This document shows positions 23,765 through 35,803 of a stretch of 64,000 nt of DNA, one piece after another (within the stretch, counting starts at the first letter, position 1; each line of letters starts with the position of its first letter). Both the position numbers and the translations under genes were made by a program. Under the pieces are notes generated by a model. The model saw nothing but the letters and a program-made list of their open reading frames with translations, made no database searches and was not told the origin of the DNA. The stretch lies in the sequence record NC_015251.1. One strand, 5' to 3'.

Positions 23765-24745
23765 AAAACTAAACACTACGTTAAATTCTTCGGTTTGATC
23801 TCTCGAACGAATTACCGGTTGTCTATTATCCATGTATATGATATTTCCTGTATGCCTCTCCAATTGAGAAGGTACATAGCTCATTGCAGTTGCTTTTACG
23901 TCCGGATCGCTAGGGTTTGCTTTGGCAAGTAACGGATTATAAATAATCCCCATTTGACGAAAACCGGTATTTCCTATCTTACTAGAAGCAGGAAAATTAT
24001 AACTATCAAAATATGCTCGGAATCTCAAAGTGCTACATCTGATTCTATTCAACAAATTGTAATCATTCGGATACCAAGTTATAACATGCTGATATCCCCA
24101 AGCGGAAGGATCCGCTTTAAGTTCGTCCGGTGTTGGTACAACAATATATTCGTTAGAACAATCGTTAATAGCAACATCTGACGGGATGGTATATAGATAT
24201 TCCCAAATGTACCCATCTTTCATATCAACACCATCAGATTTTCCGACAGGTAATATACTTTCGTGTGATGGAGTCCAATCACCCCCAACTTTCAAACAGT
24301 CTGTTTTATTGATTATAGAAGTGATAGAACATGCCCCATCTTCCGGAACATCAACACATCGATACACAATCCACCCAGAACCAATTTCAGTTCTGTTATA
24401 TGGAGCAGTGTTAGTAACCACGATATCATTGATATGGAAAGTGTATGGATTTGAATATCGTTGATCTCCCCAATCATTACGAGAAACTACAGGACGGATC
24501 ATCTCTTTTTGTATTTTTACCGCCCCCAACATCCTAGCCCACACATCAGAATATCCCTCAGTTGTATCGTCTGGATATGGGGGAGCAAATTTAGGATCAG
24601 ATTCGTTATCTGCCCAAGCTTGATCCCTCCCAAAATACGCATAAAGTGTATTTTTAGTGGGGTCATCCCCCACTAATGCATAGAAGTTAAGCAGGTTTGA
24701 TACCCTAAAATCGCTGGTAACAACCGCTCTATAAATTACTGACAT
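23762..24745 (-). CDS. gp8: baseplate wedge subunit gp8
   Basis: SVIYRAVVTSDFR, PKFAPPYP, WIVYRCVDVP, DGYIWEYLYTIP and RSRDQTEE. Confidence 0.96.
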   Translation of the reverse strand: MSVIYRAVVTSDFRVSNLLNFYALVGDDPTKNTLYAYFGRDQAWADNESDPKFAPPYPDDTTEGYSDVWARMLGAVKIQKEMIRPVVSRNDWGDQRYSNPYTFHINDIVVTNTAPYNRTEIGSGWIVYRCVDVPEDGACSITSIINKTDCLKVGGDWTPSHESILPVGKSDGVDMKDGYIWEYLYTIPSDVAINDCSNEYIVVPTPDELKADPSAWGYQHVITWYPNDYNLLNRIRCSTLRFRAYFDSYNFPASSKIGNTGFRQMGIIYNPLLAKANPSDPDVKATAMSYVPSQLERHTGNIIYMDNRQPVIRSRDQTEEFNVVFSF

Positions 24746-27700
24746 TTTTCACCTACCTTTATTTGTGTCGGCTGTTCTGGAATAACCAAATTACTAACAT
24801 CTCTGGGGTTATTCAGATCGTCTTTAAGTCTCTTAACACTCAATCTTGATAGATCTGTATATCTACTAGAAAAATAACTAAACAAAGGACTACCGTCTAA
24901 ACGTCTCTGAGACGGCGTATAAACGACTCCATCTATTGTCCAATTATCCTCATCGGCGTCATAATCCCTTGGCTCAAAAACGTTCCCAGTGGCTTCATTT
25001 ATCGCATTGTTCCATTCAGTCACACTAAAAGGTGTTTGTGTAAGTTCTTCCTGAACAAGTACACCAGTTGTCGGGTCGAACAATGGCAACGGATCAATAA
25101 ATGAACTGTTTGGATCCTGAACAGTTTTAAACTTTGGAGTCATAGAAGGTAATCCAGAATCCCATCTATAAGCCTTGTTTATTTCTGCAAAGGTTTCTTC
25201 ATGTTTCATAGATACACCACCATTAACAAATACGGTCAATAGAGTTATACCAACGAATCCAAAACCTACTGGATGAACAAAACGAATAACATCATCCTTG
25301 TATCTTGCTGTATTTAGCTCTGACCGGATACGCATAATGTAATATGAACGATTTCGGTTTATGTAATCAAGGTCTGAATATGCGAGTTCTTTACCCTTAA
25401 CCCCCCGAGTAATATTACCCTCAAACGGATTAGATTCAGATTTTATTATTTGACCATCCTCGAACTTACCTATAAGGTTATGAATTGTGATTTTCCATCT
25501 AAGGTTACCATCAACAAATTCACGTTCTATATAAGTTACGTTAGCTCTACCGGTTTTCGTATATATCGTTCTACCAACAAGATCCGGACTGATATTGGGT
25601 GATTTTACCAGTATATCATAGTCAACACCAACTTGTGATTCCGATTTCATATCCACATCAGCATTATATAGCAATTTGAACAAAAACTTATAACTATCTA
25701 TTTTTCCTCTAGAGCTATAAAAAGTAGCCGCATTTGCCTCAAAGAATTTACCACCTTCTCCCCGTTGGTTTGATCTAGAATATATTACGTCCTTCTCATT
25801 TCCGACCAAAGATATACAAAAGAATCTTTCTCTCTTGGATATTACAGTTTTATGAAGTTTTAACAATTTTACCATACATTGAGTCAGAACCCTCTGAAAG
25901 GAATTGCATATAATATTCCCCAAACTTAGTAAAGTTAGAATCGTTAAAGTAATATTCCCGGTCCCATCAATCTCAACATAGGGCTAATATCTGGGTCTAT
26001 CAAACCCGGTTATATCTTTCTCTTCTTCAACTCCCGGACGTTCTTGATTTACCCAATGAAGCCTTGTAGTGCGACATTTTCCGGCTTCCATAATAACAGA
26101 TGCAGTATCACGAACCCGATATGGAAACTCGTAATATCCAAATATTTCACCCCCTAAATCATTTTCTCTATTGTATTTCTTATGTATCAAAATACCATTC
26201 CAATATTTACTAAAGTTTTGGAAGTTTATATTATCTAAGAAGAACGTAACAGATCCAACATCCCACACTTCTTTGTTGATTTGACGTTTTTGGTCTATGG
26301 TGTATTGGTATTTTTCTGATGGAGTAACCAAAACTATTCTATTTTCATGGTTTTTCCAAATACGCTCACCAGTAATCGCCATATAATCAAATCCCGCCTC
26401 GTTGTAATATTTTGCGGGTTCTAATTTAAAGGTTATACCATCAGAGGTTTCCCATTGATACATATATACTTTTTTGTTACTAAGATAAGAATAATCCGAA
26501 CTATATTTAACCGCAGATGATACATCTTCCGGATAACAACTAGGTAGATCCAAATCAACTACGGTATCAGTATATTTGTAATTTGCCGCAGAAACAAACA
26601 GCTTAACCCCATTAATACTCATATCCGAGTATTCATGTTCTATATTAAATCGTTCCTCTTCGGACTCACCAAATACTCTTGTCCACGTTCCACCAGTAGG
26701 TACTGAAGGTTCCACGATTTGACCATTTTCCATGTATAGATCGAAAGTTGCCGGATATGCGAAATCCGCAACAAATCTTGCATATTTAAGTGGGTCAATA
26801 ATTTTATTAACTGGATCTGAATATATATCAGCAATAAATTTAAATGAATCCCGATTCCCAGCAGTAAACAAAAATCCACATCCATTAATGTCCCGTGAGT
26901 TTTCCCTTTGAAAATACGGGGTTTCCCAGCGAGGACTAACTTGCCCAACATGAGTACCATCAGGTAAAAACGTTGCGATACTTCTTACCCAACCATCAAT
27001 ACCATTAGTAAAATCAACATCTCCATCTGTTAAATTCATTTCCCCAAGTCTAAACACTTCCTTTTCATAGGTTTCATCGAATCTATAAACCCCAGAACAC
27101 TCAGATCTAACAACAAGTTTTTTATTCCGTTTGTCGTCATTTATAGATTTAACTTCACCACTAACTAGCGCATAGCAAGTATTGTTAAGTACGTCCATTT
27201 TTTTAATAACAATTCTTGGATTATCTGGGCAAATTTTATATTGAGTAGGATCCCACAATATTTTGCCGTTACTATCAACAGGACCACCACTTAGCTGAAT
27301 CCTACGCATAACACCATTAGCGGCAGCGTATAACCAACGATCTGATACTGTCTGAGATTCAACCTTACGGCGAATATCGTCCGGATACATGGCAAACGAA
27401 CCAAATACCATAGTTGGGAAAGGTATGGATGTATCAATATCCATTTTAACAAAGGTAAGTTCATCATCAGACCAGAAATGAAGATCTGAACTGAATCTAA
27501 CTTCATCCACGTTACGACCATAAAAAGCATAATCATAACCTAACAGGAATGCAGTATTATCATTTTGACTCATAATACTATTACCGGTAGGATATCCTAT
27601 ACGATCAGTAACCGCTTGGTAATAATACCAGTTTTGTCCACCGTCATTCGTTACTTTACTAAAGTTTTGATATTTCTCGAATGCATAGACTACTCTATTG

Positions 27701-28263
27701 TTCGCACCCAAATATATATTGGATAGATTGCTACAAATCTTAGAAACAGAACCAAGAATTTCATGATATTCATCATCTTCAGCTATCTTATCTTCTACGT
27801 TGGAGACGTTAGATATACCCGGATCGTATATGAAATTTTCATTCATAAGACTTGCCTGCATTACATCAGAGTTGAAATTGATATAATTCAATTTGTTCTT
27901 ATAAAGCTTCTTATCTATAAATTCAAACGAAGGGATAAAGTTTGACATAGTAGTTACTTGATAAGCATTCTCTGTAAATGTTTCAATTACTTCACTAGTC
28001 ACCCAATCGGATTGAGTAAGACCCGGATGTGTTGTTGAAATTCGGAGTTTATATTTTGTATCTGGTATTAAAGAAGAACTAAAATATTCAGGGGCGGATA
28101 CCACCCCTAATTGAGTCCAACTGTCATTACCAACTACATCAGAAACCATTGTATATTCAACAATATAATAAAAGTTAGAACCTACATCATCCCATTTCAG
28201 ATGAATAAAGTTTGCGCCTAACATAGCTACGCGCAAACTTGTAATAGTTGGAGCTTTATTCAT
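24736..28263 (-). CDS. gp7: baseplate wedge initiator gp7 (multiple indels clustered at about 25740-26100)
   Basis: MNKAPTITSLRV; YYEFPYRVRD; SYKFLFKLLYN; RFVHPVGFGFVGITLLT; the intervening gp7-like peptide is recoverable only by several frame changes. Confidence 0.9.
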
Positions 28264-28264
28264 T

Positions 28265-30220
28265 TTATATTACCACCGCATTCATTTTAATGTTTGTGTA
28301 TTGTGGTCTGAGATTATTTTCAAAAACAATCAACGTCCCATCGGACGGGAATATGTTAAGAGAAATTGGGGAACTATGAAGTTCAATATAAGCACTTACA
28401 AACTGATCGGAATCTTTATTAAGAACCCCAAGGTCATAGCTTATTTGATCCGTTTCATAGTTAACAGACCCTACTGAATAGTATTTACTTCTCCCATCTA
28501 TAACCTTTCTATCAAAATCACTTCTGGTATATTCGGGAACAGATGTAATATGACCGGCAGAAAATGGACCAACCAACATCAATCCAGTATTCGCGTTACC
28601 GGTTCCTGTTGGGTCTAAAATACCATTTTTCTTAGTTGCTACGTAATGAACATCATATTTTGTAGATGTGTTATGGATATAACTAATCTCTGAGCTATAG
28701 ATAGACCCTTCTGTAAGGTCATTATTAAACCTTATACCATCCATCGGACTAGTATAATAGTTTTCTATCTCACGCACAAGCCCTATTTTTGTTTCAGTAC
28801 CAAGTATAGAAACGTCAGTTGCATCTATACGGCCATTCATCTTAGATGTATAGAAACCAGCGTTGAAAATCTCAACCTCTTCTGTATAATAGCGGTCAAT
28901 TGAGTTCAATACCTGCCCTTGTAACCACTCTTCAGTTTGTGGTAATTGGTTCAATGCGTAAGTTACCTTTATGTCAGACTTGACATACATGTAATTTGGA
29001 CTATGAACTACGGGGGTGATTGTACTAACGTTGTATGGTCTGAGATAGTTCTGTATATCTTCTTTCTGAACGGTAGTTAGATACAACCCATTAGTTGGTT
29101 TAATCGCTATAAAAGCATAACCGGGTTTCTCGGGGTTTGTATAGCACTGGATAGCCTGTGTGATGTTACCGAATCGAGCAGAAACAAACGTCTCATAATC
29201 TGAAGCAGTTACACAACGGCGCTGTGTTTCTCTCATAACAGGACCAAGAGCCCGAATTCTCTCAATATCTTCTGGCTCACCACCACCGATAGATCCGACA
29301 TAGTTTGGATCTTCGATACCTAGCGGGTTGTATGGATTTTCATCAATCGATTCTACAACCAAATTAGGAATGGTATCAACGTAATCAAAACCGCGAGTAC
29401 CGTTAGCAGCGGATCCTTTTGTATTGATATATTCAATTACAATAGTATCACCTACAGACGGACGCATACCACCCACATAATTACTACGCAACATACCATT
29501 AGTATCAACGGATGATTCACCTTCACCAAAATATATTTCAGTGAATGTATCTATGGTTTCTCTCTGGTAAAATACAGAAGAAGTGCCACCAACCCGAACT
29601 ATTGGGTTATTTGTCCAATCCGTCCATTTAGCTCCATTAACATAAACGTTAACATAACGGCGATCTATATTTGGGTCTTGAATAATTATACTAGCGTCTT
29701 TACCAAACGTAATTTGTTGGCGGATAATACGACCTTGAACTAAATTGAGGTCTGTTATATAACGCTTATCGATACCTCTAATAACTTCAACATCTTCCCA
29801 AGTAACGTAATCATAGAACTCAACTTCTTCAATAGAGGCGGTAAACTTGGTTCCTTTAGGAATAGTTATTGAAATCGGGCTACTATCGATTGGGCTGTAA
29901 TATGCTTTGAATCTGATAGTATTAGTTGATGCACTAGTACCAAATGGCATATATCCCATATCTTGAGCTAATTGTACTATAGACGAACGAAGGCGAGCAG
30001 TTTGGTTATACCCTTCAAACAATGCACCATTAGCAAACTGTTGATGATACAACAGCGCATATGACATTGCTTCAAGAAGAACGGTTAAACGGGATCCTTC
30101 GAAATCGTAATCTTTAAATTCATTTTGGTTTTTGAGGAAATCCCTCAATTTTTGTTTGAATCCATCAAAGGTACTTTCTTTAAATACATTTGGGATTTCT
30201 ACTGCATTAATCTTAGCCAT
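28265..30220 (-). CDS. gp6: baseplate wedge subunit gp6
   Basis: FKDYDFEGSRL, TARLRSSIVQLAQD, GGGEPEDIERIR, QRRCVTASDY. Confidence 0.96.
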   Translation of the reverse strand: MAKINAVEIPNVFKESTFDGFKQKLRDFLKNQNEFKDYDFEGSRLTVLLEAMSYALLYHQQFANGALFEGYNQTARLRSSIVQLAQDMGYMPFGTSASTNTIRFKAYYSPIDSSPISITIPKGTKFTASIEEVEFYDYVTWEDVEVIRGIDKRYITDLNLVQGRIIRQQITFGKDASIIIQDPNIDRRYVNVYVNGAKWTDWTNNPIVRVGGTSSVFYQRETIDTFTEIYFGEGESSVDTNGMLRSNYVGGMRPSVGDTIVIEYINTKGSAANGTRGFDYVDTIPNLVVESIDENPYNPLGIEDPNYVGSIGGGEPEDIERIRALGPVMRETQRRCVTASDYETFVSARFGNITQAIQCYTNPEKPGYAFIAIKPTNGLYLTTVQKEDIQNYLRPYNVSTITPVVHSPNYMYVKSDIKVTYALNQLPQTEEWLQGQVLNSIDRYYTEEVEIFNAGFYTSKMNGRIDATDVSILGTETKIGLVREIENYYTSPMDGIRFNNDLTEGSIYSSEISYIHNTSTKYDVHYVATKKNGILDPTGTGNANTGLMLVGPFSAGHITSVPEYTRSDFDRKVIDGRSKYYSVGSVNYETDQISYDLGVLNKDSDQFVSAYIELHSSPISLNIFPSDGTLIVFENNLRPQYTNIKMNAVVI

Positions 30221-30641
30221 CTGAGAGTTCCATTTTAAGTTCTATAACGTGGGCCAAATCGGTAATCAATGAATAATATATAGATACTATATATTCGTTT
30301 CTATCATACATAGGGACAACTTTAACTTGTCTGATTTGGGCTCTGGGTTCGTAATTTCGTATTGCATCATAAATACTACGTTCTACCGCACTAGTAGATG
30401 CATCGTTCATTAATTCAAATAATTGGGCTCCTATATCACAACCGAAATTTGGGTCGAATGGTTTCTCTCCTTTCCTTGTTGCAATAATACCAGCCATTGA
30501 TTGTTGTACAGCACTGACGTTAGTTATCATCAATACGTCATTGGTTTTAATATCTCTTCTGAATAACGAATCGATATCAGAATAATACGTTATTTTTTCG
30601 TTAGATATTATTTTTAACCGGTTACCGAAAAATTTAGACAT
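30213..30641 (-). CDS. gp25: baseplate wedge subunit gp25
   Basis: YSDID, VQQSMAGIIATRKGEKPFDPNFGC, IRNYEPR. Confidence 0.95.
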   Translation of the reverse strand: MSKFFGNRLKIISNEKITYYSDIDSLFRRDIKTNDVLMITNVSAVQQSMAGIIATRKGEKPFDPNFGCDIGAQLFELMNDASTSAVERSIYDAIRNYEPRAQIRQVKVVPMYDRNEYIVSIYYSLITDLAHVIELKMELSDG

Positions 30642-30653
30642 AAGGTTTTCCTC

Positions 30654-30950
30654 TTAAACTACAAATACATTAGTTGAACACTCAACTATAACTTCACCTT
30701 CAGTACAAATATCGGCAAGTTGGGCAACCCGTTTTCCTTCAATAAAAACCTTAGCAGAGCTTGCAATGACTAATCCACTTTTTGGACTAGGGTCATCACC
30801 GGGTTTTATATGTGTTATTACTCGATCATCTTCTCTAACTAATATTTGTCTTCCATTAGCAAAAACCGTTGAAGTAGTCCCTATTACCTGACTTGGTAAC
30901 CACGGACCCGGTCCTATAGTTTTTGCTCCACTCAATACTAATCCAGCCAT
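30654..30950 (-). CDS. gp5.4: PAAR-like baseplate spike tip gp5.4
   Basis: 98 aa; TVFANG, ITH, SAKVFIEGKRVAQLAD; synteny. Confidence 0.85.
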   Translation of the reverse strand: MAGLVLSGAKTIGPGPWLPSQVIGTTSTVFANGRQILVREDDRVITHIKPGDDPSPKSGLVIASSAKVFIEGKRVAQLADICTEGEVIVECSTNVFVV

Positions 30951-31463
30951 TTAAATCTCCAATTTTGGGAACGGGCCAGATGCTTGTACATATGCCCGAA
31001 ATTTAGAAACCCAACCATTAAAAGACCCATAGATAGTCATTGTTTCATTTCGTGTTATCGTATGACGAACAGGAACCGTAGGTACTGTTATGTCATCATA
31101 AATCAACGGTTGGGTGTATGTGATTACACGTACCAACTCGCTAGGCGGGTTAAATGCTACAAGATCGCACGTACTGGCGTTGGGTAAGCTCGCGAATGAG
31201 TTAGTTTGGTGTATTTGTAAACTAACTCGGTACCTATACTTCAAAACCAAATCTACTTTTCCATCAAAATAATCGTTGACTTGTCCGTGAAGTCTGTTAC
31301 CATCTAGGAACAAACCATCAGATGACAGATCTTCGGATGGTACTACTTGAAAACTTACTAGCCTGTCAGTAGGTAGTAAGCTATACGAAAAAATGCTATC
31401 AATCTGGGTTTCGTTGTCATAAACAATCGGTTTCCAGTTTGTAGGTGTTATAATTTGTGCCAT
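30951..31463 (-). CDS. gp5.1-like protein
   Basis: MAQIITP start, LPNASTCDLVAFNPP; position between gp5 and gp5.4. Confidence 0.7.
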   Translation of the reverse strand: MAQIITPTNWKPIVYDNETQIDSIFSYSLLPTDRLVSFQVVPSEDLSSDGLFLDGNRLHGQVNDYFDGKVDLVLKYRYRVSLQIHQTNSFASLPNASTCDLVAFNPPSELVRVITYTQPLIYDDITVPTVPVRHTITRNETMTIYGSFNGWVSKFRAYVQASGPFPKLEI

Positions 31464-31515
31464 TGGGAATTCCTCCTATGGTATTTAGGGCTAGTTATAT
31501 AAAAACGAGGTAATT

Positions 31516-31875
31516 ATGTATTACAAATTTAAAAATGAAGAAACAATTCAAGAATTTAATAAATCTAATATTAACTCAGAAGCTAATCATAAAATATCAA
31601 AAATTATCGGTAACTCAATTTTTAAAGTAAAGAAAATGGATGTTCGGGGTCAAATCGTTGATATAGAAGGAACTAACCTAAATGAAACATTACATCCAAT
31701 TTTTAACGGAGATGAAGTTTCAGAATTCCTAGAAGAGGTAACGTTTTTAGAATCAGAAAAATCAGATAACCACGTTATTAATAGTGTTAAAAATGAATTA
31801 TTGGTTATGCGTCAACGTCTTTTGGATCAAACATTTCGAATTGATGAGCTTTTGAACAAAATGGAGAATATGTAA
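31516..31875 (+). CDS. hypothetical protein (counter-oriented insertion in late cluster)
   Basis: RBS GAGG; 119-aa ORF. Confidence 0.75.
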   Translation: MYYKFKNEETIQEFNKSNINSEANHKISKIIGNSIFKVKKMDVRGQIVDIEGTNLNETLHPIFNGDEVSEFLEEVTFLESEKSDNHVINSVKNELLVMRQRLLDQTFRIDELLNKMENM

Positions 31876-32135
31876 TGAAATTAGTATATATTGGAAGTAA
31901 AGATGATCATCAAGTTAAAAACTTCCGAGTGAGAAGAGAACTGAAAAACTTCATTAAAGAATTTGATAAAGTGGAAGATGAAGATTTGCTGATGGAAGTA
32001 AAAATGAAAGAAACCATCTACTGGGATTACTGTCCTTATGATATGGATATAGGTAATGGAAAACAAACCTTCGTGTGGGGTCTTGAAAAAGAAGCTTTAT
32101 CCGACTATATCAATGAACGGGCACAAGATATTTAA
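31875..32135 (+). CDS. hypothetical protein
   Basis: Coupled by TAATG overlap to the previous ORF. Confidence 0.7.
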   Translation: MKLVYIGSKDDHQVKNFRVRRELKNFIKEFDKVEDEDLLMEVKMKETIYWDYCPYDMDIGNGKQTFVWGLEKEALSDYINERAQDI

Positions 32136-32139
32136 AAAC

Positions 32140-32168
32140 AAAAGGGATCCCAATCGGGATCCCTTTTT
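32140..32168. terminator. bidirectional terminator
   Basis: AAAAGGGATCCC-aatc-GGGATCCCTTTTT between converging genes. Confidence 0.8.
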
Positions 32169-32170
32169 CA

Positions 32171-34012
32171 TTAGTTAATACTAACAGTTGCACCACTAAG
32201 TTCAGTTGTACCCTGAGAAGGAATAAGGCGATTGAGCAGCCTGTGATTTGTAACTACCTGCCACAGTAACATCATAATCACCCAACACGTTTAAAGACAT
32301 ATCGCCTTCAACATTTTGATTACAATTACCTTGAACAGTAGCAGTCAAATTTACTTTCTACTTCACTACCCACATTCCCCCCAACAGACATAGTAACATC
32401 AACGTCTGTGCGCGATTCTAAGCTACCGTTTATAGTTTGGCTTGGCATTCCCCTTGATTGTCTGGTCAACGTCCCCGTGTATCGTCTCAGACACGTTTCC
32501 TTTGACAACCTGAGTTAGATTACCATCCACTTGTTGTAAACAATTACCCATAACGTATACAGTTGCATTACCTTCAACTACAACTTGATAATCCCCTTTG
32601 ACGTTGACCAATTTATTAGCCATATCAATAGTAAAATCATCACCATATACTTTATTTAATTGACGACCATCACCAGAAACCTCTAAAAAAGTTCCAGATG
32701 GATGTTTCAAATGATAACGTTCCGCACCGGGAGTATCGTCAAATTCTTGAACATGACCGCTCTCCGATTCATATACATGATTATATGGATATTGTGCATT
32801 GTAAGAACTTTTAGGTTCTTCAAATAGCAATCCATCATCTCTAGGGACCGGTGGAACTGACGGATCATCAGGGTCTGTTTCTGCTAATGGTGTTGGGGCA
32901 GGAGCCGCAGAAAATGAACGAAGCATAGTTCTTCCCATTCTCATAGGAATCGGCAACTCTGGTTCTTCTTTAACCATAACCCCATAAGATTCTAAGTTTC
33001 CGGTTAATACGATTCTAGCGACTCTATTTGCTCGACCCGGCGTTTGTTTTGCCCATAACGAGTCCAACATACCAAGTTGAGCTTCTTTCCAACGTTCATT
33101 ATACATATGATCTAGCGTAGTTCTAAACTTTGAAAGACCACCCGCACCCATTTGGAAAGCCATATTTTCAAGAGCCATCTGACGAGAACGGTTTACTTTA
33201 ATATATACCTGTCGGATATTTTCAAATCTCAACATATCAGCTCGGGTTTTATTAATATCACTAGAAAATAAAGTTGATACTTCTTCGGCAGTAATAACTC
33301 CATTTACTTGTCTGCCTAATTGCTGAGATAATATTGAGTTGATTCTACCCATATCTCGGGTTTTTTCAAATATTATTAAATGACCAATACCTACAGTTGG
33401 ATATCCAAGATGATCCCAATATACGTCATTTCTAACGCCTTCATCACCTTTAAGCATTTCCTCAATTGTGAAATCTGGATTATCATCAGGTTTAACATCT
33501 GCAATATCTCGGTCATCAGGGGCAACTGCAACCGTTGTATTTTCGTCTTGGGTATAAACCCCAATAGGTTTTCCACCATACGATGGCGGTGATGAACCGT
33601 TTATACTATTACCCTTCTGACCGCCCCCAGCAAGGATATTAACATCATTACCGATATAACGTGGAAACCTACCAAATGGATCACAAAACCCTCTAAGGGT
33701 GTTTGGTTTTTCAGTATAGGAACCGGGAATACTAAACAATATCAATCCGTCCTGACGAAATGCGTCTCTAAACACCCCCATAACCCACGTACCCTCAACT
33801 AGGTTAGTTGGGCTATGACCTATACCGGAAATAGATGCGGAATCCGTAGAAGTGGCGGCATGGAACCATAACAGTTCTTCGGTGGGTATACCTACCATAT
33901 CACTTTTAGATTTTTGGTCAGTATGTATACCAAATACCCTTACTCTATATCTTCCTTGGTGAAGAGGATCGAATCGATCCTCAACTACCCCATAGAAAAA
34001 ATCACTGATCAT
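32171..34012 (-). CDS. gp5: baseplate hub/tail lysozyme gp5 (C-terminal beta-helix broken by indels)
   Basis: GVVEDRFDPLHQGRYRVRVFG (OB-fold); EMLKGDEGVRNDVYWDHLGYPTVGIGHL (T4-type lysozyme); YPYNHVYESESGH; VxGxxxxx repeats continue to TAA at 32171. Confidence 0.95.
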
Positions 34013-35250
34013 TCTTTCTCTCCTTACCACGAATATCAGAATCTGAAATCAGTTCTGCGCTTATGAAATATGTTTCGCGTGTTAATGTGTGTGTCAACGA
34101 ATTTACTAACCAATGACCGGCGTCTTTTGATGTTAGTTCCCCGTTGGTATCACCAGCTATTATATTTACCGATGGTTCCACAAGACAGATCTGTATTACC
34201 GGGAATCTGTATCAGCATACGTTTTGCGTTGAGAGAAGCCCTATTTGTAGTTCTAATTCCAACAGAGTTACCATTAGACCCAATGTTTATATATTTATAC
34301 ATTTGATCTTCGTTGGAAAGAATAACACATGTATTCCGTTCTGGGGTTATTTCACCACCAAACCAAGGCTCTGGGTTTAATTTAGCGATATATCTGCTTA
34401 ACCCATAATAATCTTGGTAACTACTTCTATATGATTTATTTGTTATGCTCATTGTATGAACATCCACACCTAAACCACCAGATCTATATTGTTCTGCAAG
34501 ATTATATCCCTTCACCCTCTGTAGTTTTATTATTTTATTGTACATTGATATATCATGGGTTGCTTCAAATGTAAGATCCACTTTAGGTTCTTCTATCATT
34601 AAAGTGGTTCCACTCTTAAAGTTCACTCCATTTATATCTTCGTAAAAATAAAAATTACTATCCCCTTTAGCATTCGGTTCAGAAGATTGTGAATTCTGAG
34701 CTAAATGATTTATAACAGATAATGGAGTTAGGTTAGGTATTACTATATCCCGATTATATAAAGTTTTTTCTATAAAAATATAATCATCTTTAAATCCTAT
34801 TAAATTAAGCATATCCTTAATTATAGAATGAATTGAAGTATTCAAATAACTTTTACTAACTTTACGATATTCGTTATTCATTTCCTCTTCAGACTGAAAA
34901 TACATTCTAACATATTTCTTTATCTGTGTATTTGGAGAGGTTATATCTTCATATCTCAATATTTTAAACATCTTAGAATATGTTTTTGCTTCTTCACCAT
35001 TTAGATGTACTGACCGAAAACTTATTTGTATCTTTTCATCACCACGGGGGTTTATTGTGTTTATAAGGTTCATGGAATCTACAAAATCCATTGAACCTTT
35101 CAACAACCCTTGGGTGATTCCTTCGGTAATACTAACCGACTTAAATATTTCCGATATATCCAAGCCGGTAGGATCATTACCCTGAACAAAAGCAATTCGG
35201 TCGATAGTAAAGTTTTCATAAGCAACTGAACTACGGCGACTAATTCCCAC
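34002..35250 (-). CDS. baseplate hub protein (gp27-like; indel near 34155)
   Basis: SVSITEGI, RDIVIPNLTP and FYFYEDINGVNF; the shifted frame gives GHWLVNSLTH; lies between gp53 and gp5. Confidence 0.7.
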
Positions 35251-35803
35251 GGATTTTCTCCATCATTCTGGTATATTCATCCATAAAGCGACCAAGATCG
35301 TTTGGATTCAATACGTTAATAGTTCGTCTGGATTCATTCACAGACAATTCATGTTCGATTGCAGTTACCGGAACGAGCGTTCCTACATGTTGGGGATATA
35401 AATGCATAGTATCCCCTATATCATACCAGACTTCTGATTGAATTGGATATTCAGTTAATCTGAAATACATTTCACCTTCATCATCCACATGATAAAGAAC
35501 GGTCCCTTCCTTAGCCTCAAGATTTGCATATTTTCTTAATGTATATTGATGAACTACTTCTTCAGGACATATCCAATCGTAAAAAGGATCGTATATATCA
35601 TTTAACATTAACAGTATCCAATAATATTTGGTGTCCCCATATATATCATAAGATACCTGTTCCGGACGAGGGGAACCAGAAAGAATATATTTTCTAACAA
35701 CGAATCTACTAATTATATCAGCAAAATAATCGCCATGCGGTTTGAATATATTTGCGGTAGGAGCGCCATTATAATTTATTGGTGGAAAGAAATTAAAAAG
35801 CAT
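35240..35803 (-). CDS. gp53: baseplate wedge subunit gp53
   Basis: MLFNFFPPINY, RPEQVSYDIYGDTKYYWILLMLNDIYDPFYDW. Confidence 0.95.
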   Translation of the reverse strand: MLFNFFPPINYNGAPTANIFKPHGDYFADIISRFVVRKYILSGSPRPEQVSYDIYGDTKYYWILLMLNDIYDPFYDWICPEEVVHQYTLRKYANLEAKEGTVLYHVDDEGEMYFRLTEYPIQSEVWYDIGDTMHLYPQHVGTLVPVTAIEHELSVNESRRTINVLNPNDLGRFMDEYTRMMEKIRGN